Sequence record: NZ_CP040051.1
DNA: 64,000 nucleotides
Direction: 5' to 3' (one strand)
Source: a plasmid
Shown: positions 20,306 to 29,855 of the stretch, piece after piece
Layout: every line of letters starts with the position of its first letter
Numbering within the stretch: position 1 is the stretch's first letter
Program-made: the position numbers and the translations under genes
Notes under the pieces: generated by a model
What the model was told of the DNA's origin: nothing
Databases searched by the model: none
What the model saw: only the letters and a program-made list of their open reading frames with translations

Positions 20306-20875
20306 TTATCTTGGATTGAAGCTGTTAGGAATATTTGATTCTAATACTACTTTATTTGATTGAGTAGCTGTACGTTCAATTTCACGTTGCTTACTAATTA
20401 TTACTCGTTCAATATCATTTCTTTGTTCTTCTGGAACAAACGTAAGTACACCTTCTTTCATGTTCCGGATTAGATCAATTTTTAGCGAACGTTCGCAATG
20501 CAGATTTTTGATTGTATTTAGAGAGCTCTTTAATTTTTCTTCATTCAATTCGATTTGATCCGGATTGCGCGAAAATTGTAATGCTGTATCAATGATGATG
20601 CTGTTAATGTCTTGGAGAGTGGCACGTTCTCTTTTAAGATTCATTAGAACTTTGTCATTAAAAATTTCGTGCTTCATTCCCATATTTTCAATATTGAACC
20701 CTTTAACACCATTAAGTATTTGGTCTTCTAGAAGACGATTCAGTTTGTGATCAGGACCATTCTTCATTGCATGGTTAATGATTTGATTCGCTTGTAATTC
20801 TTCAAGAGATTGGTGCTCTTGCATATGAACAATAGAAGCATACAAATTGCTAAACGATTTTGTGCTACTATACAT
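20306..20875 (-). CDS. hypothetical protein
   Basis: ORF tightly linked to the 19767 ORF (2-bp gap). Confidence 0.35.
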   Translation of the reverse strand: MYSSTKSFSNLYASIVHMQEHQSLEELQANQIINHAMKNGPDHKLNRLLEDQILNGVKGFNIENMGMKHEIFNDKVLMNLKRERATLQDINSIIIDTALQFSRNPDQIELNEEKLKSSLNTIKNLHCERSLKIDLIRNMKEGVLTFVPEEQRNDIERVIISKQREIERTATQSNKVVLESNIPNSFNPR

Positions 20876-20916
20876 ACATACCTCGAAAACAGCGATATAT
20901 CTATCAAAATCAAAGG

Positions 20917-20938
20917 AAAAAGTTAACGTTAACTTTTT
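20917..20938. promoter_or_regulatory. perfect 22-bp palindrome (AAAAAGTTAACGTTAACTTTTT) in a divergent promoter region
   Basis: Exact dyad symmetry. Lies 42 bp upstream of the minus-strand start at 20875, inside the 333-bp region separating it from the divergent gene at 21209. Confidence 0.45.
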
Positions 20939-21208
20939 ACATTAAACACCATAATTAATGTGCTAACAATGCATTCTACCTTTATTTTTTTTGCGAATCT
21001 TAATTTATTGTTATATGTGTCCGAATGATAGTCAATTGCATTTTGTTTTTTAAAAATTGTCTATTTCCATTTTTTAAATTAAAATTAATTGTGCTTTGAA
21101 AACTAATATTTTGACAGCATTCCGAATAATTTAAGACAAGATAGTTGAGCTACTTGTTTAAAAACCTAACAGACCTGTGGTCCTTGTTAGAAATAAAGGA
21201 TAAGAGTA

Positions 21209-23857
21209 ATGAGCATATTTTGCCCTTCGCAGACTGACAGTACATGTCAAAACGATGCAGCAATAGACCTGCTGGGAAAAATTTTTGGTGATGGGTTTAT
21301 TCAAGCATTCGTGCTGGGTAAGTCCGCTGCTGCAACTGCACCTGCTACGGGTGAATTAACGCCTGTACTCTTTGGTGCATTAGGTCATTTAGCCTTAGTG
21401 TTTGCCGCTTTTCTTTTTCTCTTTCTAGTTTTTACTTCCGTATTACACACTGCACGAGATGGTGAAGTCTTTGGTGCTGGAAAGAAAAAACATTGGGTAA
21501 TACTTCGTATCTTGATGTCTGGTGTCATGATTCTACCCACCACATCATTATATTCAGTTTCCAGTGTGGTACTTATGATGGTGGTATTAGCCTCGAATGG
21601 TGAAACTAACAAGGCATACAGAGAATTTTTAAATACTGTTGTTATGAACCCATCGCCATCCTTTGCTTCAGTAGACGGTTTAGATCCGTATGGCTTTCGC
21701 GCATACGCAATCCAAAAGCTTCGGCAATACACATGTGTACGTGTTTTGAATCAGAATTTTGCGGCTGAAGGTGTTTCTGTCGGTGAAAAAAAATATTCGG
21801 ATGGCCAAACTTATTATGTTTCTAATATTGGAGGAGAAAGACAATTTAACAGCTCTCTAGTTGACAGAAATAATGTCTTAGATCAGGGATATTTCGGAGC
21901 AATATGTGGTACATCCTCTTACATTGTAGCTAATGCTGACTCTGTTGATTCGAATTTTAAATATTTAACATCTGAAAATCCGGATTTAGAATCATATAAA
22001 GATTTCAAAAAACGCTTATTACTCAATATACAAAATCTTAAATTTCAGGGTATTGTTCGATTAAATGAAGCAGTACTTGCATATGTAAATAGATTGCCAT
22101 CTGAAGCGATTAGTCCTGAAGAGTATGCACGTAATTTTAATCAAGCTTTTAATAATGAAGAATTTGATAAAATTATTACTGATGAAATTAGACGAACTGA
22201 TGCGTCTATTAACTCCCACTTACAGTCAAATCAAAATAGTTATATTAATAAAACAATTCAATATTTTGCTGAACGTGGTTGGACACAAGTAGCTCTCACT
22301 AAGAAGAAACTTGGTGAATTCCAGCGTGATATTTATGAGGCTCGCGCAAAAACCATTTATGAAGGTACGAATCCAGACTTACAACGTCTTAACAGAGAAG
22401 GCGTTGCCAGTGAAAAAGAACGTATGATTTATAACGTTCTAGTCACACAGATGGACTCTACTGTAAACAATTACCTCAAGACACCTCAAGTAGTAACAAC
22501 CCTATCAACTAACGATATTCAGAATTTAATTCCTGAAGATATAACTAATTCAGATGTTTCATTTAAGCAGATCTCTAAAGATGTTGAAGCTGCAAATACC
22601 ACACTAGTTTCAAATACCATGAGAATCTTTATTGAGACTTTTACTGGCACTGGACAAGCTGATGGCGTAGATGCTGTAACTCGTATGCAGAACACGGGTA
22701 ATGTACTTCACATTGCTTTAACGGCTGTAGATACTACTCTAACTGGTGTGAGAACTGGTTTATCTGCTGCTGGCGCCACTGGTGCTGTTTTCTCAGATAA
22801 TATCGGTACTGCTGCTGAAATTGTCATTGGGCTTGTTGACTATTATTCTGAAAAGCTAGGCAAAATCATGGTGATGGGTAAGCTCGTTGCCTATTATCTT
22901 GCTGTAATTATCCCGACTTTACCGTTTGTATTCTTCTTCTTCGCTGTTATTGGTTGGATTATTCATATCATTCAAACGATGGTTGGCTTAATTCTTTGGT
23001 CAGTAATGCATATGATCCCTGAACAAAGTTTTGTCGGTAGCCAGACACAAGGTTACTTAACGGTAGTTGCCTTATTCTTTAGGCCGATGCTATCGCTAGT
23101 CGGATTCTTCTTGGCTTTTATTATTTCTGATCCTTTATTAACATTTACTACTGATGGTTTCTTCGCAATCATGGGAGCTGTACAGTTCACTAATAATGGG
23201 TTTATTGCTGCTTTAGCTCAGTTCTTCTGGCTAATGGGTTGGGTAATTTTATATTGCTTAATCCTTTTACCAATTATTTATTTGATTTTTGGATTACCTA
23301 GTTCGCTTGCGGATAGTGTATTAGCTTGGTTGGGTACTAATTTATCTCGATCACTTGGCGAGACAAATTTAGGTCAGAATGTAGGTCGTGCTGCAAATCC
23401 GGCTGCTGGTTACTATAATACCTCTGGTGGTGGACGAGGTGGCTCTGGCGGTGGTTCCGGTGGTAACGGTGGGGGTGGTAGTCCTGCTGGTGGCGGTGGA
23501 GCCGGTACACGTGGTGATGGATCAGTATTGATGAATAAAGGGCAGCCTAATGAACAATCATCGGGAGCTCAAACTCACTTACCTAATGCTACCCCAAGCT
23601 CAAGTAATTCTAATTGGCAGTCTGCGGCTGCTGCTGGAGCTAGAGAGGGCGGTATAGGTGGTGCTATTGCTTCGGGTGTTAGCTTCGCGGGTAGACGGGG
23701 TCTTCAGAATGAAGCTTCGGCCGGAACAAGCGTCCTTTCCGATGTAAATGCTGGTGCTAATCAAACAGGTTATGTTCCTACAGAATATCGTATTGTTCCA
23801 GCAACTACCTCCGGTGCAAATAGCGTTGTACCAGAACCAAAAGATCCTAAACGGTAG
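21209..23857 (+). CDS. polytopic inner-membrane protein with a large periplasmic domain and a Gly-rich C-terminal tail; possibly DotA/TraY-like or VirB6/TrbL-like
   Basis: Three N-terminal TM helices, then an approximately 400-aa hydrophilic domain, then 4-5 TM helices (for example 'LVAYYLAVIIPTLPFVFFFFAVIGWIIHII'), then a 'GGGRGGSGGGSGGNGGGG' tail. The assignment rests on topology only. Confidence 0.35.
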   Translation: MSIFCPSQTDSTCQNDAAIDLLGKIFGDGFIQAFVLGKSAAATAPATGELTPVLFGALGHLALVFAAFLFLFLVFTSVLHTARDGEVFGAGKKKHWVILRILMSGVMILPTTSLYSVSSVVLMMVVLASNGETNKAYREFLNTVVMNPSPSFASVDGLDPYGFRAYAIQKLRQYTCVRVLNQNFAAEGVSVGEKKYSDGQTYYVSNIGGERQFNSSLVDRNNVLDQGYFGAICGTSSYIVANADSVDSNFKYLTSENPDLESYKDFKKRLLLNIQNLKFQGIVRLNEAVLAYVNRLPSEAISPEEYARNFNQAFNNEEFDKIITDEIRRTDASINSHLQSNQNSYINKTIQYFAERGWTQVALTKKKLGEFQRDIYEARAKTIYEGTNPDLQRLNREGVASEKERMIYNVLVTQMDSTVNNYLKTPQVVTTLSTNDIQNLIPEDITNSDVSFKQISKDVEAANTTLVSNTMRIFIETFTGTGQADGVDAVTRMQNTGNVLHIALTAVDTTLTGVRTGLSAAGATGAVFSDNIGTAAEIVIGLVDYYSEKLGKIMVMGKLVAYYLAVIIPTLPFVFFFFAVIGWIIHIIQTMVGLILWSVMHMIPEQSFVGSQTQGYLTVVALFFRPMLSLVGFFLAFIISDPLLTFTTDGFFAIMGAVQFTNNGFIAALAQFFWLMGWVILYCLILLPIIYLIFGLPSSLADSVLAWLGTNLSRSLGETNLGQNVGRAANPAAGYYNTSGGGRGGSGGGSGGNGGGGSPAGGGGAGTRGDGSVLMNKGQPNEQSSGAQTHLPNATPSSSNSNWQSAAAAGAREGGIGGAIASGVSFAGRRGLQNEASAGTSVLSDVNAGANQTGYVPTEYRIVPATTSGANSVVPEPKDPKR

Positions 23858-23870
23858 TTAATACAAATTG

Positions 23871-23904
23871 AAAAAGCCATTTCTTTCGAAATGGCTTTTT
23901 TTTT
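23871..23904. terminator. bidirectional rho-independent terminator between convergent genes
   Basis: Hairpin AAAAAGCCATTTC-TTTC-GAAATGGCTTTTT flanked by an A-run and a T-run. Confidence 0.55.
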
Positions 23905-23910
23905 GACATA

Positions 23911-24276
23911 TTAAACTTTTTCGTATTTTGATAACCGCGCTTCAAGGTCATCAATAAGTCCATCTAATCGTGTAATCGTACTATTACAAGTATGTATATT
24001 ACTAATAGCTTTTTGCAAATTTGAATCTAAGCTTTGGTTTTGTTGCTCTAACTGCTTAATGTAATTGACTAACTGAATAACATATTCTTGAGAGTAAGAT
24101 TTTTGCTGTACAGGTGTATTAATATTTCTTGTGAAATTACGAATACGTGCAACGGCAGCCGGAGTATGATCCTTCATATATTGATCAAAATCACGGGCAT
24201 TTCTGTCTAAAACATGTGGAGCAAATAAGCCATTATCAATGCCGTCATTTGAATATCGCATATTTGACATACTCAA
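23911..24276 (-). CDS. hypothetical small coiled-coil protein
   Basis: ORF; C-terminal heptad-like segment 'LEQQNQSLDSNLQKAISNI'. Confidence 0.35.
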   Translation of the reverse strand: MSMSNMRYSNDGIDNGLFAPHVLDRNARDFDQYMKDHTPAAVARIRNFTRNINTPVQQKSYSQEYVIQLVNYIKQLEQQNQSLDSNLQKAISNIHTCNSTITRLDGLIDDLEARLSKYEKV

Positions 24277-24500
24277 ACTCCTTTAACATTCTTATATATA
24301 TCTTGATTTAATTATAAATTAGCATTCACAAGGATCAAGCTATTTTATGTAAGGAATTTTTAAAAAACTGATATATTCAAAAAATAAAAATCAGAATCAA
24401 CAAACTTGCATAATTTTAAGGATTAGAAGAAAATTAGAGGTAGAAAATTCAGATGGTTTACCACTGAAAAAAATAACCTACCTTTAGGGCAAACGGTAAA

Positions 24501-26378
24501 ATGATAACACTTGGTTCAACAAAACTAAGGCTTCTTGTCTTGATGATGTCTGCTGCTGTTATTGCAGATTTACATGCTTCGGCCACCAACTTTGAATATG
24601 CCAAACCGTCTGGTCAAACTGGTAAACCATCAAATTTAGATGCCGGTGATTTTCCTTTAACTGGTAATCTTCTCGTTACATCACGTTTTGGTATTACTCG
24701 ATTTCGATCGGATGGATCACCGCGGTCACATTCCGGTTTAGATATCATCAACTCAAATGGTAATCATAGTCTGTACGCAATTGCGGATGGTGTCGTTATT
24801 GCGAATGGATGGATGACCGGTGGTGGTAATTATATTCGCGTTAAAAGGAAAGAAAATAATGACGTATATCAGTATCTTCATTTAGCTACGCGCTCCCCTT
24901 TAAATATCGGTACTGAAGTAAAGAAGGGGCAATATTTAGGGACAATGGGTAATACCGGTATATCGTTCGGTACACATTTACATTTTGATTATGCAATTCC
25001 ACAAAAAGAAGGATCCCGTGCCAGAAATGCATGGCTTGGTAGTCCAAAGGGAAGCGCTAATGCGAATCCATATCAGAATATTCAGACAATAGGTCTAAGT
25101 AAGAATGGAATCGAAGGATACTACGTAACTGATCCGACACCATATTTAAAAGATGATATAAAAATAACGGATAGTACCTATAAAAACTATCTCGGTTCTA
25201 CTATTAGACAACAGTTTAATATCCTCTATGGAGCTAATTTGCCAGTAGGAGCTGGTGCAACACAGCCAAAATTTGCTGGGGTTCAGTTTAAGTTACCTCA
25301 AGGATATGGAGCTACTGATGAGCAACTAGCAAAAGTAAATATTTCTGTCATTGAGGCTAGACAAAAAGCTCTTGAAAATGGTGAGATCACTGAAGCACAA
25401 GCTTACGATCCAAACATTACTTATCGAGAAGTAGAAGATATTTTTAAAGATTCAGGGCAGGTGGGGAGTTCTGAAGAAACTAAACTTGATATTGGTGATG
25501 ATGGATCAGTAAAAGGCCACATTGAAAATTTAGCTTTCAAACGTTTCGCTTCTGCTGGCTGGGCTCAAGATCTGGTAAAAGCTTCAAATCGATCTTTATG
25601 GGTCGAATTTTTAAATATTGAAATTGCTAAAAACCATCTTAAAACACAACTTTTAAAGCAAAATGAACGCATTGAAGCACTTTTTGCAGCTTACGCAATT
25701 GCAAAGGCACGAGTCTTACAAGGTAAGATTGAAGAGTTAAGACAGGCTATTGAAAATGGCCGTAATATTGCTTTAATCAGTCGCCTAGAGCTTGAAGATC
25801 TTCCACCGATTGCTTCAGATACTGAAGTAATGAATGCAACAGTTACAAAACGTAATGGAAGTTATGGTTTAACTGGTGATAAGAAAGCTGCAATTATTGC
25901 AGTCGCTCAGGCAATTGGTGCAAACCCTAATGACTTAGCTGCTGTTATTAGTTTTGAAACGGCTGGTTCATTTAGTCCAAGCATACGCAATCCAAAAGGG
26001 TCTGCAACCGGTTTGATTCAATTTATGCAGTATACGGACGGAACTGGAAATGATAAGACGCCGCGAGATCAATGGGATTATTGGGGCATGACACGTTCAC
26101 AATTTGGATCATTATCATTTACAGAACAAATGAAGTATGTTGAAAAGTACTTTAAAGATCGTGGATTACGTGAATCTAAACCAGTTAGTTTAGCGACACT
26201 TTATGGTTTAGTTATGGGCGTGCCGAAGGGAGGATATACGATTGCAAGACATTCGGCTGTCTTCAGAGATAACCCAGCATGGGATGTGAATGGAGACGGT
26301 GTTATCACGGCTGCTGAAGCTGTAAATGGATCAAAATTTAAAGCTCATATTCGAGTTTATTTCCCTGATTTCCCATAA
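24501..26378 (+). CDS. secreted peptidoglycan hydrolase: M23 (LytM-type) metallopeptidase domain plus C-terminal lytic-transglycosylase-like domain
   Basis: Signal peptide. M23 motifs 'HSGLDI' and 'GNTGISFGTHLHFD'. SLT-like 'SFETAGSFSP...ATGLIQFMQYT'. C-terminal EF-hand/dockerin-like loop 'DVNGDGVITAAEAVNG'. Confidence 0.75.
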   Translation: MITLGSTKLRLLVLMMSAAVIADLHASATNFEYAKPSGQTGKPSNLDAGDFPLTGNLLVTSRFGITRFRSDGSPRSHSGLDIINSNGNHSLYAIADGVVIANGWMTGGGNYIRVKRKENNDVYQYLHLATRSPLNIGTEVKKGQYLGTMGNTGISFGTHLHFDYAIPQKEGSRARNAWLGSPKGSANANPYQNIQTIGLSKNGIEGYYVTDPTPYLKDDIKITDSTYKNYLGSTIRQQFNILYGANLPVGAGATQPKFAGVQFKLPQGYGATDEQLAKVNISVIEARQKALENGEITEAQAYDPNITYREVEDIFKDSGQVGSSEETKLDIGDDGSVKGHIENLAFKRFASAGWAQDLVKASNRSLWVEFLNIEIAKNHLKTQLLKQNERIEALFAAYAIAKARVLQGKIEELRQAIENGRNIALISRLELEDLPPIASDTEVMNATVTKRNGSYGLTGDKKAAIIAVAQAIGANPNDLAAVISFETAGSFSPSIRNPKGSATGLIQFMQYTDGTGNDKTPRDQWDYWGMTRSQFGSLSFTEQMKYVEKYFKDRGLRESKPVSLATLYGLVMGVPKGGYTIARHSAVFRDNPAWDVNGDGVITAAEAVNGSKFKAHIRVYFPDFP

Positions 26379-26392
26379 TAAGGAGTAAGAAA

Positions 26393-26734
26393 GTGTTAAC
26401 AAAAAATATTTTATTAGCCATTACTTTGGCCGGTTCAATTGGTACAAGTTACGCAGCCGATTTGAATGATCAATTCTATCAAGTAATGGATGAAGCAGAT
26501 GCAAATCCTATCACGTTAAACACTAAGGAAGACGATAAAAACTTTATTTCGCGTTATACAAAATTGAATCAAAAGCTGGCTTCAATTAACCAGCAAAAGA
26601 ACGCAAAAGTTTATAGCCAATATAAGGCTAGAATTGAGCAAAATTGTTCAAAGCTTAAAACTAATGGGACTGAGTCATCGAGTTCAGCCTATTGTAAATA
26701 TATTTTGAACTATTCGATTTTTAACATGCTGTGA
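26393..26734 (+). CDS. small secreted protein
   Basis: GTG start after RBS 'taaggag'. Signal peptide 'LLAITLAGSIGTSYAA'. Confidence 0.4.
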   Translation: MLTKNILLAITLAGSIGTSYAADLNDQFYQVMDEADANPITLNTKEDDKNFISRYTKLNQKLASINQQKNAKVYSQYKARIEQNCSKLKTNGTESSSSAYCKYILNYSIFNML

Positions 26735-26747
26735 TTAGGAGCCAGAA

Positions 26748-27143
26748 ATGAAAAAATTAATCTTGATATCTTTAATTCTAGGTGCTTCTGTAACTGCTAA
26801 TGCGAACTCCAAGTTTCAAAATCAGTTCAAGCAAGTCGAGCAAATGACAGATAGTTGCGGTGAAGCAACCTATGGAGATTCGCTTACTTGTTATAACGAA
26901 GTTATAGCTAAGCATGCCCAACTTGCTGAAACAATTAAGGGTCATTCACCGGAAAAATCCAAAATTCCTGCATGGAATAAAGCCGTTTCGGATCTATCAT
27001 CGATTAACAATTTATGCAATCAGATTGGCCAAATTCAGACCGGTATGCAAGGTGCAGCAAGTTTAGGCACCGGTGATTACTGTAGAGCTAAAATAATGGG
27101 CTTAACTTCATATAAGGCAGCTCAAATTTTTGGCAGTAAATAA
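26748..27143 (+). CDS. small secreted protein
   Basis: Signal peptide 'MKKLILISLILGASVTANA'. Confidence 0.4.
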   Translation: MKKLILISLILGASVTANANSKFQNQFKQVEQMTDSCGEATYGDSLTCYNEVIAKHAQLAETIKGHSPEKSKIPAWNKAVSDLSSINNLCNQIGQIQTGMQGAASLGTGDYCRAKIMGLTSYKAAQIFGSK

Positions 27144-27414
27144 GGCGCATATATTGAATAACCTGAATCCAATAGAGCGAAGTGCGCTGATGTCTGTATC
27201 TGAAAGTTTAATCGCGATCAGGGTAATTATAAGAAGAGCACAAGGCAATGGTGGGTTATCAGTTAAAGATATTCAAAATATTGAATCATTAGCTGATGCT
27301 TGCCATAACATACCTTCAGTTATTGCCAATAATGAGTCGGAACAGCTCAAGTTTTTGCTTGAGTCGGGTACAAGAGAGGCGAAGATGATTCTTGCTCAAG
27401 GAGCTGTATTTTAA
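27130..27414 (+). CDS. hypothetical small protein
   Basis: ORF overlapping the upstream gene. Confidence 0.3.
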   Translation: MAVNKAHILNNLNPIERSALMSVSESLIAIRVIIRRAQGNGGLSVKDIQNIESLADACHNIPSVIANNESEQLKFLLESGTREAKMILAQGAVF

Positions 27415-27437
27415 TCTGATCTGAATGGCGGGCTTAA

Positions 27438-29096
27438 ATGGAAGAATTAAATAATACAAGAATTGAAGATGCTGGAGAAAAATTCGAAGGTGCGCGTAAA
27501 GATGCGGCTTCTCCGATCTTCAATCAACCATTTAAGCTAGGAAAAAATGACAGCAAAATAACCAAAAAAAAGATATGGCCTTCACCGAATTTTAGAGAAG
27601 ACGTTCATAACGGAATTAAAACTAAAGAGCATGCATTACTTTTTATGCTTGTGTATGAAGGTTTATGCAATAAGCCTTTAAACGGGGGGTGGTTCAATAT
27701 TAGTGGCCAATCATTTGAAAAAGCGTATGAAGATACATTGAATTTTTTGAAAGAAGCTTATGAAAAAAAAACTTATGAAAATAGAGATGTATTAGTTCAA
27801 GACTTCAACGATTTTATGAAAGCGAAATATTCTGGTAATGAGTTGTATGCTGCTGGTAGAAGAAAAGGGCGGGTTGTCCAGCATCCATTATATTTCAATT
27901 TACATTCTAGAATTCGTTTTAAAAATCTACTTAATATTGGCTGGCCACATAAGTTAATTCTGGATTCAGATTGTTTTGGAGCTTATGAGTTTTCGGATAA
28001 TGATTCAAAAAAGCTATTTTGGTATGCAATAGAAGGCATCAAGGAGCGGAGGATCCGGAGCTTAGATAATTGGACCAAGCATGATCATTATGAGGCTGCA
28101 TTACAAGTGGCCAAATCTGAATTCAGAAGTATTATTCAAAAAAGGAAAGAAGAGCAGCCAGACAATAACTCAAAAGTGCGTTCTAAGCCTCCAAAACGCC
28201 CTACATTTAATCGACCATTTGTACGGGTAGGGGAAACATATCGTCAATCAAATATTTCAACTGAGGAGTTTTTGAGTACCTTTAAATTTAGAGGGATTGA
28301 ATGGGGAAATTATGTAACTCAATCTGAAAGACAAGGTTTCCTAGACGCTACTTATGATTCCTTTATAGATCTTACAAGGCTTTGTGGTTTACCACCTTCT
28401 TTTGCCTCACTAGGTGGTAAATTGGGTATTGCTTTTGGCAGCAGAGGGCGAGGGTATGATGGGGCAGCAGCACATTTTGAGCTTGATCAATGGCTAATTC
28501 ATTTGACAAAGACAAAAGGTGTGGGAGCACTTGCTCATGAATTTGGCCATGCGTTAGATGCTTATTTAGCTTTAAAGAGTAAAACAAAAAGAGATTTTCT
28601 AACTGAGTCTTTTATTACTAAATACAATAATCACTCACTTAGCCTTTATTCAAGTGGTTTAAAGATAAGTGAATCCGAAAGCCTGAGATGTTTTAAAGTT
28701 CTTCTTGAAAATATGATTTTTACTTCAGACAAGAACATAACTGATGAACAACAAGGAAGGACTAATTCTACATTTGCAAAGAATGCATGCTTGTTAGATC
28801 AAGGGAGAAAAGAAGCATACTGGACGGATCCAACTGAGCTTTTTGCTAGAGTCTTTGAAGTATGGGTCACTGATAAGCTCAAAGCTTCAGGATCAATTAA
28901 CGAGTTTCTTGTTTATGGACCAGATGAACCACCTTCAAGCTGGCACACCAAAGTTAATTCATACCCTGAAGATCAGGAAAGATTAAGAATAGTCCATTAT
29001 CTAGACCGCTGGTTATCAGAACTTGTAACTACATGGAAGTTTGAAAAAAAGAGAAAAATCACTATCTCTAGAATTATGTCGAAAAGTCCCCAATAA
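27438..29096 (+). CDS. HExxH metallopeptidase-like domain protein; paralog of the central domain of the 12263..15997 protein
   Basis: 'LAHEFGHALDAYLA' plus the 'IEWGNYVTQSERQ...IAFGSRGRG' block collinear with the 12263 ORF. Confidence 0.5.
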   Translation: MEELNNTRIEDAGEKFEGARKDAASPIFNQPFKLGKNDSKITKKKIWPSPNFREDVHNGIKTKEHALLFMLVYEGLCNKPLNGGWFNISGQSFEKAYEDTLNFLKEAYEKKTYENRDVLVQDFNDFMKAKYSGNELYAAGRRKGRVVQHPLYFNLHSRIRFKNLLNIGWPHKLILDSDCFGAYEFSDNDSKKLFWYAIEGIKERRIRSLDNWTKHDHYEAALQVAKSEFRSIIQKRKEEQPDNNSKVRSKPPKRPTFNRPFVRVGETYRQSNISTEEFLSTFKFRGIEWGNYVTQSERQGFLDATYDSFIDLTRLCGLPPSFASLGGKLGIAFGSRGRGYDGAAAHFELDQWLIHLTKTKGVGALAHEFGHALDAYLALKSKTKRDFLTESFITKYNNHSLSLYSSGLKISESESLRCFKVLLENMIFTSDKNITDEQQGRTNSTFAKNACLLDQGRKEAYWTDPTELFARVFEVWVTDKLKASGSINEFLVYGPDEPPSSWHTKVNSYPEDQERLRIVHYLDRWLSELVTTWKFEKKRKITISRIMSKSPQ

Positions 29097-29204
29097 TATT
29101 TATTATCACGATTTAACATTTGTCCGAAAAAATGTGATTTTTTCAAACAACCTTTGTCTGAAAACGTTGTAAAATGAATTTTATATTTGTGTGGAGGGTA
29201 GATT

Positions 29205-29855
29205 ATGTACGCCTTAGCTCAAGAGGAAAAATTTGAAAATTCTTCAGTAGCGGAGAATGTAAGACATAAAATTAAAAAATTCCCAAGAGGTCGAGTTTTT
29301 TCTATTGAAAATATTCCTGAAACATATGGGAATAAAGAAGCGATTCAACGTAATTTGTCTCGATTAGCTCAAAAAGGTGAGATTTATCGAATTAGAAATG
29401 GGATTTACTATAAACCTTTACGAAATAAGTTTCTTAAAGGGCGAATTGTGCCGCCTAATGTCGATGAGGCACTTAAGGTAATTTCAAAAAAATATAACGA
29501 AAAGATTCAACTTCATGGTGGTGCTGCGGCTAATAAACTTGGATTAAGCACTCAAGTTCCAACAATTTACGTTTATTACACAAGTGGTGTCACACGTGAG
29601 CTTGAAATTGCGGGTATACATGTAAAGCTCATTCATACAAATAATGAAGCTTTAATTAAATATGCAGGTACAAATATTGGTTTGGCAATTGCAGCCTTAC
29701 AATATTTAGGAAAGGAGCTGGTTTCGGAGGAAGTGATTCTTAAAATTCGTGAGAATCTTACTGATAAAGAATTTCAAAAATTGATGAAAGCACATATAGC
29801 GGATTGGATGCATAAAACATTGATTAAATATAGCGATATTAATAATGCCTGTTAA
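29205..29855 (+). CDS. AbiEi-like antitoxin (type IV TA/abortive-infection system, transcriptional-regulator-like)
   Basis: N-terminal 'PRGRVFSIENIP...SRLAQKGEIYRIRNGIYYKP' resembles the AbiEi winged-helix domain. Overlaps the downstream NTase gene by 11 bp. Confidence 0.5.
   Translation: MYALAQEEKFENSSVAENVRHKIKKFPRGRVFSIENIPETYGNKEAIQRNLSRLAQKGEIYRIRNGIYYKPLRNKFLKGRIVPPNVDEALKVISKKYNEKIQLHGGAAANKLGLSTQVPTIYVYYTSGVTRELEIAGIHVKLIHTNNEALIKYAGTNIGLAIAALQYLGKELVSEEVILKIRENLTDKEFQKLMKAHIADWMHKTLIKYSDINNAC

Noticed and set aside
23400-23540. The Gly-rich tract 'GGGRGGSGGGSGGNGGGG' in the 21209 ORF considered as a collagen-like or phase-variable repeat.
   Set aside because: It is a simple low-complexity tail with no underlying homopolymeric or short tandem DNA repeat, so it was not called as a separate feature.
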